Positions 22,083 to 35,332 are shown, numbered from the stretch's first letter. The stretch is DNA of 64,000 nucleotides from Mayamaea pseudoterrestris (GCA_027923505.1 BROI01000021.1:1-64000); one strand, 5' to 3'. The notes: a model not told the origin generated them from the sequence alone. Numbers and translations: made by a program.

Positions 22083-23598
22083 ATGTCCTACGACCCAACG
22101 ACGCACGTTGTGACTCCGATTCTTCAGTGGCTCACGTGCGATGCTGCTGGGTGCAATCGCACTAGTCCGCAGAACAAGTGCAGCAAGTGCGAACGTGCTT
22201 ACTACTGTGGAGCCGCCTGCCAAAAGAAGGATTGGAAGACTCATAAGATCAATTGCATCGACTTTCGTGCAATGTTCATCGAATTCTCCAAGCAAGACAT
22301 GCCAATGTTATCATGCTCGTGGGATAATGACCTTTGCATTACCTGCAAGCGCGACTCCAAAGCCTTTGTATTAATGACATGCGGACATGCGATCTGCTAC
22401 GAGTGCTGTCCGCGTTACGACAGTCTCAAGTGCACGGAATGCGGAATGGAAGCTTTTGACGCAACTGACGGTCAATCTACTCCATGCGAATGCTTGGCCG
22501 CTCGTTTCGTTGATCAGTTAAACTTGACGGAAAGAATGACAACGCTATTTCTTGAAAATTCTTCTGAAGATGACGGAGACGCGGATCTAATCAGGGATGC
22601 AAAAGAGGCGGTTCAAAACTCCATCGTCGCCTACCAAATGTTCGAGGAACAATTGGCTTCGGCCAAACAAAATGGATCGACTTTCTACGATGCTGTGGAA
22701 AGTACAAAGGGTCTTGCGTATAGACTCTGCCAACTGGCGCAGTTCCACCTTCTGGCTGGAAATGCTCGCGAATGTATTGATTTGAACCTACGCGCTCTGA
22801 ATGAAATCGTTGAGGTGTTCAAACAACAACTCGATATTGTTTATCAAGCCAAGCAAATTTCAAACGACAAGTAAGTGCAACGAGATGGCTATAACATAGA
22901 CACAGCATTCTTTCCTGACACCATATCTATATACGCGAAACAGATATTATTCGATGCTTGCGCTGCTGAATAATGGCGATCACAAGGCCCTTCTCGACGT
23001 TTTCTCCGCTCTGTATCCCAAGCACGATGCGAAAGTTCAAGATGACGCCATCAGCCTCGTGGCAAAGACTTGTTTTGCCATGGGAAAAGCTTTTGAATTG
23101 CTTTCCGAACCAGAGAGTGCGTTGGAGTGGTATGGTCGCATTCCGTCCGAGGCTCATTTAGATGCGAGCCTTTTCCACCGCCCTGATATTATGGCTCTTT
23201 TCGCGAAGGGGCTCGCGGAGCGTGCACAGGTGCAGCATCGCTTGGGTAACAATGAGACCGTACTTGACTTGGCCAGCACGAGTGAGAAGGCTGGTGTTGT
23301 TGCTTCATCGGCGGGGGCGCCAGCATTGTTGGCGACGTTGTTAAGTCGGCAGGGAGATCTCGAGCGAGCCAAGAGGATTATGAATGAAGGCCTTTTCCGA
23401 GAAGCGCCATGGGACAAATTGTCGAAGCTTGCCAATAAAATGCATGTCGTTGAAATTTACGAGGAAGAACGCCGCCGAGAGGAACTTCGCCTTCTCGAAG
23501 CTGCCTTTATGGAACGTTGGGGCGAAACTATAGACTCGGCGAAGGCAAATATGGATGCGGGTGACATCTCTTGGCAATCGAGTGAGTGCGATGTGTGA
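22083..23598 (+). CDS. MYND zinc finger, RING-like finger and TPR-like helical protein (intron 22871-22943)
   Basis: MYND CSKCERAYYCGAACQKKDWKTHKINC, RING CITC...CGHAICYECC...CTEC. The GT-AG intron keeps the frame. May be continuous with the downstream helicase. Confidence 0.8.
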
Positions 23599-26564
23599 AT
23601 TTTGCAGGTCGTTTATGCCGCTTTTGTCTAACAAAAAATCGTGTGTTGCGGTTGGCGGCGCAACAGTCAAAGATAAGCACTTGGATATGTTTGCGACTGT
23701 CGATCACGAGTACGCAGAGGTTCAACGACAAATCCAGACTGCTGCTTTAAATGCTGCTCATGGAAAGTTTGACGAGGAATCAGAAGACTTGCGTCAGATT
23801 TCCCAGCTCTCTCCGGAAATGATTGGCGATTATACTGGTAAAGCGACCCGACGTTTAGATGAAATTGTTAGACCGGATTTTGAGCGAATCAAACTAACCA
23901 AGCAGGTCATAAAATGGTTAAAGGGTGCGGGCCGTGGCAACGATCCAAAACTCCGCATCATCTTTAGGCAGCGGCTCAGGCAATTGGCAGCTGGGGACAA
24001 GAGCCGCATTTTAAACAAACCCTTGATGGGAGCCAAAAATATACGCATTTGTGAAACTTACATGGATGGTAACTTCCGCATTCTTTGGACAGATGACACG
24101 GGTTCGAAGGACATAAATCTGGGTCTTGTTGTTTGGTGAGTGATGTAAATGAGTGGAATGTTCGAGAGCGACTGTTGCGCTGCATAATGCATCGACCCAC
24201 GCGTATCTGACGCGTATCTGATGTCCACTTTTGTCAACTACAGGTTTGTATCTGCTCATGATAATGTTTCGCGCTGCATGAAGAAGATTGAGGAGTCGAT
24301 AAGCCGGAGTAGCCGGCAAATGGGTCCAATAAATACCCCTTCGCTGCATGAGTTCGCGGACGAGGACGGAGTGGACGATCTTCAGCCAGGTGACGTTCTA
24401 CTCGACCCTGAATCAGACACGCCTCTCAAGCTGTATGTGGTCGGATACAATGAGATCCCCGAGCTCGGACAGTCATGGTACCCACCTCTTTATCTTACGG
24501 AGGAAGAGCGGCAAATCGTCCAGACAAAAGGGTCTGTTTTACTACTCGGTAGAAGTGGTTGCGGCAAGACTATATGTGCATGCAACAGGATCGATTTTGA
24601 TCGTCACGCGATGGCGCATGACGTGACGTTCAAGTCAATTTTTGTTGCGCGGTCGCATCGAATTTGCCACTTCGTCCAAGAATCAGTCGGATTGTTGACT
24701 GACGGTCCAACCAATATTTCATTCTCTACATTCGAGGATCTCTTGATCAAGTGCGAAGAACAGCTTCGCATCACATCGTGGCCAAGGGAAAAGCGTATCT
24801 GCTTTCCGCAGTTTAAGGATGAATTTGGCAGTTTCGGCTGCGGAGAATTGGAACCTCTTGATGTTTGGACAAATATTATATCGTTCATCAAGGGCTCCAT
24901 CCAAGCCGTAATGAAAGGTGGCCCCCTCTCACGTGAAGAGTATCTTGACACGGAGCAGATTGGATCGCGTCGCTGCCGTCTGTCGATGGCCCAGCGAGCG
25001 AAAGTGTACGATATTTTCGAAAAGTACCAGACATACATGAACCGGGAAAGCATGCTACGGTGGGATGACTGCGACAGAGCTTATGCAATTGTTAGTGGAC
25101 TGCTGAGGGACAAAAACGCTCGGCAGGCTCTGACTCACCGCCGTTTGTATGTCGATGAGATCCAAGATTTCATGCAGGTACGCTTGTCATGCGCTTGCTC
25201 CTGATGCGTTCTCGCTAGTTACGCCCTTCTTACATACTTTTTCAATCAAATCAGGTCGAAATCGCGCTTTTTGTATTGATTTGCGAACATGGCGGCCTCT
25301 TTTTGGCAGGCGATCCGGCGCAGGCTGTGGTTGAAGGTGTCGAATTTCGATTTGAAGAGGTTCGCTCGGTCTTTTGGAATTTGCTGGCCGAAGAGGACCG
25401 CTCGAAATATATTCCATCAAAACCCCTGACCGTCAATCGGAACTTTAGAAGTCACAAGGGTATTTTAAATGTTGCTGGCGAGGTGAGTACTGAGTCCCTT
25501 TTTGATTAGACTGTTTGGTAGGACGCTCGGAACTATGTCAGATGCTTACATCTGTTTGATATCAGATTCTCGACCGGCTTTTCCGGCAATTTCCGAACAG
25601 CGCGAAAGAGTTGCCAAAAGACGAGGGTTTATTCATGGGACCACGTCCATCGATTCTGCAAAATGTCAGGCCAGAAGATCTCGTCAAGCTCGTTCGTCTT
25701 ATAGATGGTGTTGTCCTGCTAGCGTCGACGGACGAGAAGGTGGCTGAATTAGCGAGCTTGGTTGGGCGTGATGTGGCTGTCCTCTCCATTCGCGACTCTA
25801 AAGGTCTAGAGTTTTCGGACGTAATCATCGTAGACTTTTTCAGTAGTCTCCCGCCGATGCAACAGAAGGCATGGAAGCTACTGACGCAGGAGCATGGAAA
25901 TGTTAATGTTGAGCGCATGGCTGGTGTTCCTGAGCTTGAGCCCTTTTTGAAACAGGTAAGGTAGCAGTATAATCACATGCTGTTTTTGAGTAAAGGGAAA
26001 CTCACTTAATGGTTTATCGATCATGGACAGCTTTACACGGGCGTGACAAGGTGCACCAACCATCTCTTCTTTGCAGAAACAAAGGTCTCGATGGCTGGGC
26101 ACGCTTTTTTCCGTCGGCTCACTGAGCAAATAAGTCCACACTTGGCCACAATGCAAAACGTAGACGACGTTCAAAAGATGACGAAAAGTCCGGATCGGTG
26201 GCGTACGCAAGGCGCCACCTTTGCTGTCACTGGCGAATCCGAAAACAAATTGGAATATTGGATGCCAATTGCTTTAAACTGCTTTATTAACTCTGGCGAC
26301 CTCGCTCTTGTTGCAAAAGCAAAACTGCAAATTGAGAGCATGGACTTCCGAGCCATGGATGATACAACATTTGGCACGCTGGGCTTGGTTGGCGAAGCCT
26401 TCACGGTGCACGTTGCCGACCTCCTTCGCCGTCTTGTGCACGAAGGGCTCATGTTGGAAGCTAGGAAAGTGTATGAACGAGTATTCCCTCTATTTGATGA
26501 TTATACGCGGGAGCACCTTGAGAGCCGCTTGGCTAAGTCGCTGCCAAGATTGGATGTTTATTAG
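23555..26564 (+). CDS. UvrD/Rep-like SF1 helicase (TRANK1-like) with an N-terminal RelE/ParE-like domain; introns 24136-24243, 25178-25254, 25483-25565, 25956-26030
   Basis: Walker A GRSGCGKT, Walker B YVDEIQD, AGDPAQ, NFRSH, SKGLEF, LYTGVTR. All four GT-AG introns join the exons in frame. The 5' end is uncertain. Confidence 0.88.
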
Positions 26565-28739
26565 TAGATCACGTATTATATATGTATAAGTCATTAACTG
26601 TAAGTACCGACATCCATGAAATGGTTTGCCTTACTATCAATAAATTGAGGATATAGTCTATACTGCGCTTTAAGCTTTGCGTCTCAGTCGCACAACTATC
26701 ACTTGCCGTAAACACACCATTGGACGTCCCGTGGCTCGGATAAGTGGTGTGTATGATCACGTCACGGCGTTTGAAATAATTTACAAGGACAGCTTGTTAT
26801 CAGGCGCAGTAGACATGCGAGTGTAACTCTGCTTTGAAATGCTTTCCCGCACAGGACTCGTATGCCAAATCGTAAGCCCCGTCCGCTTGCTTCGTCAAAA
26901 AGGCTCTGTTATTCAAAACTTCTCATGAGTAACATTCTTGGCAAGCTGCACGCCTAGAGTCTTAAATTCTTAAATTGTCAAGCCATATCAACCCATCCTT
27001 CAACCCCGTGCCCCAATAAACCGGCGGGTAGTGAATTTGTTGGCGAGGAGGCAGGCGTTTTCGCTGCGTCGATTACACGATGATTGGGATGAACCATCGC
27101 AGAAGCTAATCCATCGCTTAATTACACTCTTATAACGCGCTGATGAGCAAACGTTATCGTCAATCAGCCATATCATCGTTCCCATCAAAGTCGTCGTCAA
27201 GTGTCAAACCCGTTATCCGATTTGATGATGAAATCGCCACGCGCTTGCGAGGCTTCTTCCGTTGACATTGCGATCATGTGCGTGTTACCGAATGGACTGC
27301 CACCAAAAAATGTAGCCATTCGATTAAAGAAGATCAACGCCAAGATACAGCTGATCCATCATACCTGCTCGTCAAAAGGCCGGATTGCCTATACCAGCTC
27401 CGAATAGCCGATCTTGATCTGGATCAACTGTGGGCGCCCATTCCGTAAGCACGTGAATGGCAATGTGGCAAATCATTGGATCGAAATCAAGAAACAATAC
27501 CAAACGGACGCTCCAAAATACGTCACACCGAGTCCATGGTCACGCGAGTCTCGCCTGTCATCATCATCACTTGTTGCCTCTTATGAGTCAAGACGGCACA
27601 CGGTTCATTCACTTCTTCAAATCCATATTCCCTGTAGATTGCTTTCTGAACTCAGTGGGATAGAGCAAGAGCTTGTGTAATCAAACTGGTCGAGTACGTT
27701 GTTTCGCGCTGCCAGGCAGTGGCCGGAAAATCTACGCCTGGCATGGCCTTGCAAGTGAATTTGTTATACTTTGTCGGTCGCGTCAGACCCTTATATATGG
27801 TTGCACCCAAGCTCATATTTTTGTTTCGCTGGTAGCTTCAGTTGCATTATTAGTTGGTAGATTGGACCAGCATACGGACTTTTGAATGGATCATGCCAAT
27901 AGTGGCCGTTAAGATTCTGTACATTCTCTCGACTATCCGAGTACGTCGTCACCGACATTGTCTTGGTTAAACTACTCTCACAGTCCTTCGTCTTGATGTA
28001 AAAGTAGTGATCAGGATTGTTGATATTGCTTAAAGTGTCGACTTTGGAGGCTTGAGAGCAATCTGTTGAGGCATGTATCCTCCAAATTAACTTGATTCCG
28101 CAAGATGCCAATCCAGTGTTGAACTGTGTCTGTTACCATAGTAAATGACGATTCGAAGTGGTGCTTGGTGCATTTCGTCGTCGAGGAACCTTCTGGTGTC
28201 GCTCGTTAATGACCGCATCGTCTTCGGCTTTCCCTCGGCAAGAGTTCTTTAGTTTTTTCTGCAATTCCAGTTATGGCATCTCCATTATGCTGGAAGACGT
28301 AGCCTCCAGTACTAGGAAATCAGTTACGTTCGTTAATGAACTGCCGAGGCATTGTGACGATCGCGATTTGCGTTTTTAATTATATGTCCTCCATTTAACT
28401 GTCATCAGCATTGACACTTTATCTACGTCTGCCACTAATTCGTCGATTTCTTGTCCATTCATGACGACGCAATGGCTGCTTACAAGGGGTTGATTAGCGA
28501 TGGTCACTCGAGGGACGCCATGGTCGACGGCGAGATGATGGAGGATGTGTCAAACTCGCATCGTTACTCATTCATGAACCGCTGCGTCATTTTATTGTGC
28601 CGCGCCAATGCTGCGAGCCGGCCGAGCGCGCCATTGGATGAAGTTCTCCACAAGATTGCAGCTGCCGTCTTTCGTCTTCGTCCATGGCATAAACCAGCCG
28701 ACCGATAGAATCTACTGCAATCAAAGGAAAGGCTTTAAC

Positions 28740-29314
<575 letters not shown>

Positions 29315-29607
29315 TCGTTCGGCAAAAAGAATTGGAGACTGTAGAGTATGATTTAGAAGGCGAGACCTTGACGAGATTCGAATGAATAGTTCTGGATAAG
29401 GATCGCTCCCGGTACAGTAAATACAAATAGAGCTTGCGCATATACTAAAATAATACCAGTACAGTAGCTTGTTCTCTCGGCAATCTGCCATTCACGTCGC
29501 GTTACAATTTAGCGCGGCTTGCTCGCAGTAATATCGCATCGATTCTCACAATTTCCATTTAAACCTTTGCCACGATCAATCGAAATCGACGAGAGCAGCA
29601 TCGTCTC

Positions 29608-31761
29608 GTGCGGTGCCAATCAACCACTATATCTGCTGGAGCTATGGGTGCATGTCGTATGCCACATCGTCCCAAGAAGCAGCTAAAATTGATGCGTTCA
29701 TCTGCCTCTGGTATGGCGGCAGCGCCGCTGCGAAAGCGAGTCAGGTTTCAAGAAGGTCCACCAGCATTGTTTCCATATGGCACTTACTTTGGCGATGAAT
29801 GCGAAGGTGACAGCGATGCCGATGTCCATATCGAAGAAAACGTTCCGACGGCACGTAAAACTGACGAAATGACGGTACTTTCCACTGAACACGGTCGAGC
29901 TCGCCGGAAACTGCGCGACATATCCAAACATGATTTGCAAACCTGTATAAAATATGGAATCAAGAGTCCAGGTCACAGGCATCCGAAAACTGGAGAAGCG
30001 AGATGGTTGTACTTCTTTGATGGAGTCACTTACGTGACCAACAGCACTAGCCGGGTTGAGGTGACTTGTTACAAGGAGCCAATTCGAATCGAACGAGCTG
30101 TCATAACGGAGGACATGCTGCGCCGCCATAATGAGCAGGTAACTGCTATTCGTGATGATCCTATGCTGTGTGCGAGTCACGCTATTATAATTGATCAGAG
30201 TGGATCGATGAAGACTGCTGACTTTATGAACTTTCGGTCCAGATCACATGCGGCCTACGGTATATTGGCTCTGGAATACATTGCCGAACAGCTTCATGGC
30301 CGGGCCGACGATGATAATACAATTGATGCAGTCTCTATAATTGAGATGCATGACCATGGATCGATGTTTTTACAGGAAGAACCCATGGACTGGATTTTGT
30401 TTAACCGGCTTTTGGACCGTCAAGCTGCGGCTCAGTCGAAAAGCCATGGCAACTACAATACTGCTCTCGACCTAGCGGAAATGTTCATCTCTCAGAAAAT
30501 TCAGCAAAGCGACGAGATGCCACTCGAAGAACTGCCCATTTTTGCCTTAATTTTCCTCACTGACGGGAGACCATCCGATCGAACCCCATTTGACGAGAGA
30601 ATTCGAACAAATGTCCTTCGAGACATGGCATCAATGCTAGGTTCAAAGTTGATATTTAAAGCAATCGGACTCGGAGCGTCAAGTCACAATTTCTCTGTTC
30701 TCGCAGATATGGCTGAGGACTTGCGCCGACACGGCGTCGACGCAAGCTTTGACTTTGCACAACAATGTGCAGCCATGCTCAGTAACACGCTCTCCTCCGT
30801 ATCAATCTCGATGACATCCGCGCGAGATACTATGCTATCCTGTGCGCCGAAGCCTCGAGTCGAGAAAAAGGTCACCATGCGTGACAGAAACACACCAAAA
30901 GCAGAGCGTAAGTTTGTCGCGTACACAAAGCATGTGAGTCGTTGGTGCTTAAACCGCAAAAAGGAGGAAGGAGGCGATGACTGGCCATGGAAGATGCACA
31001 GGCTTCTCCATAACGAGGCGAAAGGAATCGAAATTGATGAGCTTCCGTTTGGCAGAGGTCGCGAGCGACTTGCATACGCTTGTTTTGAGATCGACGTTGA
31101 TAGAAAGCGAGTCGGGCGACCCTTGGTCGGCAAGGAAAGCATTGCTACTGTGGACCAGGATAATGCGTTACGCTTTTATCATAGTTTTTGTCGAGACCAA
31201 GCGCTTGCGGATATGCTTGCTCAACAGTTCAATTATCGCGTCAAAGAGTGTGCCGAGTTGAAGGCTGTGGAAGGCGGAAGTAAGTCACCGGCCATCAGTT
31301 TCTTGTCATGTTCCATCTATGAATACACGGCCGAAAGTGGCGAGGTTGAAGGTTTGCTAGTTGAAGCGTACCTGAAAGGCAAATTCACCAAATATAATGG
31401 CAATAATGGGTATGTCCGCCAATACAACACAAGCGACAGATGCATCAGCCTCGCTATCGGAGACGTACGTCTGACAGACTTTCTCCATGCCTTTTCGCAC
31501 TGGAGCTTAATTGAGTCAAAAGGCGAGCGACTTGTCTGTGACCTGCAAGGTGTGCTTAACGCCGAGGGTCGCAATCCTCGGTTCGAGCTGACAGATCCCT
31601 GCATCTGTGACCGTCACACCCAACGGAATCGAAGAAAATTCAAGAAAGAAAAGCGAAGTACGGATATGGGCATGCGGGGTATCAGGAACTTTTTGAGAAG
31701 CCACAAGTGCAGCAAAGTTTGCCAAGCTTTGGGTCTTCAACACAGCCTCGCTGCGAAGTAA
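29608..31761 (+). CDS. Alpha-kinase (eEF2K/MHCK-like) with a vWA domain and an N-terminal DUF4258-like domain
   Basis: vWA MIDAS DQSGSM and FLTDG; alpha-kinase FGRGRERLAY, FTKYNGNNG, AFSHWS, LVCDLQG, LTDP, DMGxxG...HKCSKVC. The true start is probably a downstream ATG. Confidence 0.9.
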   Translation: MRCQSTTISAGAMGACRMPHRPKKQLKLMRSSASGMAAAPLRKRVRFQEGPPALFPYGTYFGDECEGDSDADVHIEENVPTARKTDEMTVLSTEHGRARRKLRDISKHDLQTCIKYGIKSPGHRHPKTGEARWLYFFDGVTYVTNSTSRVEVTCYKEPIRIERAVITEDMLRRHNEQVTAIRDDPMLCASHAIIIDQSGSMKTADFMNFRSRSHAAYGILALEYIAEQLHGRADDDNTIDAVSIIEMHDHGSMFLQEEPMDWILFNRLLDRQAAAQSKSHGNYNTALDLAEMFISQKIQQSDEMPLEELPIFALIFLTDGRPSDRTPFDERIRTNVLRDMASMLGSKLIFKAIGLGASSHNFSVLADMAEDLRRHGVDASFDFAQQCAAMLSNTLSSVSISMTSARDTMLSCAPKPRVEKKVTMRDRNTPKAERKFVAYTKHVSRWCLNRKKEEGGDDWPWKMHRLLHNEAKGIEIDELPFGRGRERLAYACFEIDVDRKRVGRPLVGKESIATVDQDNALRFYHSFCRDQALADMLAQQFNYRVKECAELKAVEGGSKSPAISFLSCSIYEYTAESGEVEGLLVEAYLKGKFTKYNGNNGYVRQYNTSDRCISLAIGDVRLTDFLHAFSHWSLIESKGERLVCDLQGVLNAEGRNPRFELTDPCICDRHTQRNRRKFKKEKRSTDMGMRGIRNFLRSHKCSKVCQALGLQHSLAAK

Positions 31762-31780
31762 ATCAGAAATAGTCTGCCGC

Positions 31781-32029
31781 CTATCGCCTCGGCGCCTCTC
31801 CCTCCTTGTCCGTTGATGCTCGAAATTTGCTAGTAGCTTGGTTCTCAAAAGGACTCCCATATATTATTTGATCAAAGTACTTTCTACGGTTCTCCTGAAT
31901 ACCAGAGAAAACGTGCGGTTCACCATCAAGATTATATTCAGCAAAAACAACCGAATAAATTCCGGCAAAAGCAGAACCTACAATGGCAGCGATTCGCCAG
32001 TTTCTTTGCGCTTGCGCACTGAGAACCAT
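31781..32029 (-). CDS. Small single-pass membrane protein (82 aa), function unknown
   Basis: ATG start, one transmembrane segment followed by EY...PHVFSGIQ. Fits between neighbouring genes. Confidence 0.55.
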   Translation of the reverse strand: MVLSAQAQRNWRIAAIVGSAFAGIYSVVFAEYNLDGEPHVFSGIQENRRKYFDQIIYGSPFENQATSKFRASTDKEGEAPRR

Positions 32030-32452
32030 TATATTTTAGTGATAAAGATGATTGCATATACGGAGTAGAAGGCAACAGATGCGGAGAGCGGGATCTCTTG
32101 AGGGTTCGTGGATGGAAAAAATGAATGGCAGTCATCAGAGTCGCTCGTGCTCGGTCGTGCATCGCATCGCAGCGGTTACAAAGAGTCATTCTTGTCACGT
32201 TTTCACGATGAATTGGCCACCGATGACCGATCGACGAGCTGGATGCGGGTCATCCTTGACCGTGACCAAGATCTCGATGCCATGACAAGCAATGGACCTG
32301 TACCAACTATCTACCAGTACCATCAAGTATTGAGTTGTTAGAGTCCTAGAGCATTAGCAGCTACCTCTTTATAGCTGCGAATTGAAAGTTAGGCCAGCGT
32401 TGATTAGTTGGAAGAACAGGCGACGTACTGCAACTTGACTCGACTTTTGATC

Positions 32453-34708
32453 ATGAGCACCAATCAGCAACAACCTCCGGACCTTCTTTCGGACGACATT
32501 CCTTCACCTCAACCAATCGCAAATGACACTGGCGACTCTAATACTGACGACTACCTGGGCGAAACCTTAGATTCGCAACACAAAGAAGCTTCGGTCGCTG
32601 GAACAAACAACGCTTATGGAGAGGATGACTTCTTTGATGACCACAACGAGTACGACGGTAGTCCGCATGCACATTATGAACCTTCCTCCTCCTTCTATGA
32701 AGGTGCATCCGTCGAAGAAGATCCAGAAGCCGTCAAGGGACTCTATTCAGACACGGACACGGCTGCTGCAACTCAGGGTGACGACTACCTTGGAGGAGCC
32801 TACGACGAGGAACAAATGGAGCGCGATCACCTTCAAGAAGATGACTACCATGCTGACTACCATGACCAAGACACGTATTTGGGTGGACACTACAAGGATG
32901 CAGTTGATGAGGACGGCGGCGAGGAAGGAGTCTTTGTCAATAATGGAAGGGACGACGATCATCGACCTGGAATCGAGCGTCAATCTGGATTTCGTGCTAG
33001 GAATAAAAAGCGATTTGCCGCTGCTAGAGCTGATCCAGAGCGCCGACGTCGTTGGAAGTGGGGATGTTCCGTCTTTTGGTGCATTTTGTGCTTGTTTATA
33101 CTCGTGCTACTCTTGATTCTGGCCAAGTTCTTGGGCTGGTTTGAAAATGAGGCTCCACCGCCAGAAGACGATAATCCATACTTAGACGATGACGACTTTG
33201 TCATAAGCAAGCCTTACCCTGGAAAAGTGACAACCGGCTTTGAGCCCTACGTTAAGGATGATTGCAATTTCGATGATCAGACATACCCAAGCATAGTAAA
33301 TCAGTGCTACTGTCGCAACGAGCTCCAAATGGTACCCAACGATACCAAGGCGCTGTACTTTAAGATTCGTGAAGACGTGGATCAAGAAATTTATGGAGGG
33401 GACTATGATCAAGAATGGAATTCTTGCGCTCCAAGTAACATGGCCTTGATCTGGCTCAGCAGTGGCAACATGCGCGATAATGGAGACTTGTACCAGCGTT
33501 TTCTCTTGGCTCTGTCGTTCTTCCAGCTCAATGGAACCAAGTGGGATCAACTCAATAATTGGGTTGAGGAAGAGAGTGAGTGCAACTGGTTTGGTGTACA
33601 GTGTAACGGTCGCTTTAAACTCCGCTCGCTCGCTATTGACATGAACAACGTTCAAGGGGAGCTACCCACGGAAATGGCGCGCTTGGATGGCCTTCAAGCA
33701 CTAGCCATTACGCGCAACCATTTGGGCAACACTATCCCACCCGAATTCTTTGGCATGCCAAAGCTCGAGTCGCTCATGCTGTACGCGAACAATCTTCGCG
33801 GATCCATTCCCCGCGAGGTTGCGCAAGCCACTCAGCTGACGACGCTGCGCCTTGAGAACAACTTGTTTTTTGGGCAGCTCGTTACGGAAATTGGATTACT
33901 TACGAATTTGGAAGAGTTTAGTATTGGTTTCAATAACTTTTGGCGGAAAATACCGACAGAGATTGGTCTTTTGACTAACATGCGTTGGCTTGTCATGGAA
34001 GACAACCGACTATCGGGAACACTCATTTCGGAAATCACGAAGTTGACCAAGCTGGAATATTTTCTTATTAGTAGCAACTTGATGCGAGGGCCCATTCCTG
34101 AGGGCTTTTCAAGGTTGACAGATCTTCAAGAATTTCGCCTTGCACATACAGGCCTTGGTGGGACAATTCCTCAGGAATTTGCTGCCTTGAATAAGCTTCA
34201 TCGTCTTGAGATGGGTTTTAACAACTTCGAAGGTACACTCATGACCGAATTCGGCTTAATGACCGGACTTTCATGGCTAGCTTTGAACGACAATGATCTT
34301 CGCGGCTCGATCCCGACAGAGTTCGGCTACATGGTTAATATGACTCGTCTTATTCTGACGGATTTGCTGTTGACAGGGACGGTACCAAGTGAGCTGGGAA
34401 GTATGACAATGCTCAACAACTTGGCGCTTGACGCAAATACAATTGTCGGTACGGCCCCAAGAGAAGTTTGTGCACTTCGCGACCTTTCGCTTTCTATTTT
34501 CGTGGCGGATTGTCCATTCGGGGAATTGGCGGGAGTAGATTGTCCGATTCCAACGTGCTGCTCATTTTGTCGACGTTCGGAGCAGCAAAACACTTTGATT
34601 AATGGTATAAAAAATGGCAATCTCGATGAGAGTGGCAATGTAATTAGCGGTGGGGGAATGGATGCTGGCAAGGAACAGACGGAACCACCGGCGGCTAACA
34701 GTCCGTAG
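32453..34708 (+). CDS. Type II membrane leucine-rich-repeat (receptor-like) protein
   Basis: Acidic N-terminus, one TM helix, LRR N-cap ECNWFGVQC, about 11 plant-type LRRs (LxxNxLxGxIPxE), C-cap CPIPTCCSFC. Confidence 0.92.
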   Translation: MSTNQQQPPDLLSDDIPSPQPIANDTGDSNTDDYLGETLDSQHKEASVAGTNNAYGEDDFFDDHNEYDGSPHAHYEPSSSFYEGASVEEDPEAVKGLYSDTDTAAATQGDDYLGGAYDEEQMERDHLQEDDYHADYHDQDTYLGGHYKDAVDEDGGEEGVFVNNGRDDDHRPGIERQSGFRARNKKRFAAARADPERRRRWKWGCSVFWCILCLFILVLLLILAKFLGWFENEAPPPEDDNPYLDDDDFVISKPYPGKVTTGFEPYVKDDCNFDDQTYPSIVNQCYCRNELQMVPNDTKALYFKIREDVDQEIYGGDYDQEWNSCAPSNMALIWLSSGNMRDNGDLYQRFLLALSFFQLNGTKWDQLNNWVEEESECNWFGVQCNGRFKLRSLAIDMNNVQGELPTEMARLDGLQALAITRNHLGNTIPPEFFGMPKLESLMLYANNLRGSIPREVAQATQLTTLRLENNLFFGQLVTEIGLLTNLEEFSIGFNNFWRKIPTEIGLLTNMRWLVMEDNRLSGTLISEITKLTKLEYFLISSNLMRGPIPEGFSRLTDLQEFRLAHTGLGGTIPQEFAALNKLHRLEMGFNNFEGTLMTEFGLMTGLSWLALNDNDLRGSIPTEFGYMVNMTRLILTDLLLTGTVPSELGSMTMLNNLALDANTIVGTAPREVCALRDLSLSIFVADCPFGELAGVDCPIPTCCSFCRRSEQQNTLINGIKNGNLDESGNVISGGGMDAGKEQTEPPAANSP

Positions 34709-35332
34709 TTAACATGCGACGGACAGATTTCCGGATACTATCGTAATTTATTTGCAAAACATGATAACCACAATTTCAAATATCTCTTTACCAATATATT
34801 AATTAGTCGCGTTCGGTGGCGATGCTCCAGCAAATCAGTCGACGCATTTTCCATTGTCATATAAAAGCTTGATACTTTGCGACTCACTCACATCAAGGAC
34901 GCAATAGCCAAATCGACTACGTTGTTGACCATTTTTTGGTTCTGTGCACGTACAGAAACAATTTAACGAAGTCGGACATTCATGCGCGGCGTCAAAAGAA
35001 CCCAGGGTGCCGCAAAACCCTTCTTCTGGGTCCGCTGCATTTTTTCGTTCCAAGATTATCGCTGAGCTCCAAACAACAAATCTCCTCCTCACAATGCAAC
35101 GGTCCCAATGTGTGTTGCCGAACGCAAGAGAGAACGTGAGTAATCGAGGGAGGTCCGCCGAGTCGGCTGATGTCGCGATTGATCACACCACGGGCGCGAA
35201 AACAATGAAAGGAGCTAGACGTGGCGGAGTTAATGCGTCAATCTTCGGTGTGTTCAGCTTCGACTGCATTCTCAAAGTACCTGGCAGTGCACCCTGACAA
35301 CGTCCATTACCATGTCAATAAAAGTTTGCCTT

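Noticed and set aside
34835..35297. Short ORFs between the LRR and sulfatase genes
   Set aside because: No motifs or convincing splice structure; likely UTR or intergenic sequence.
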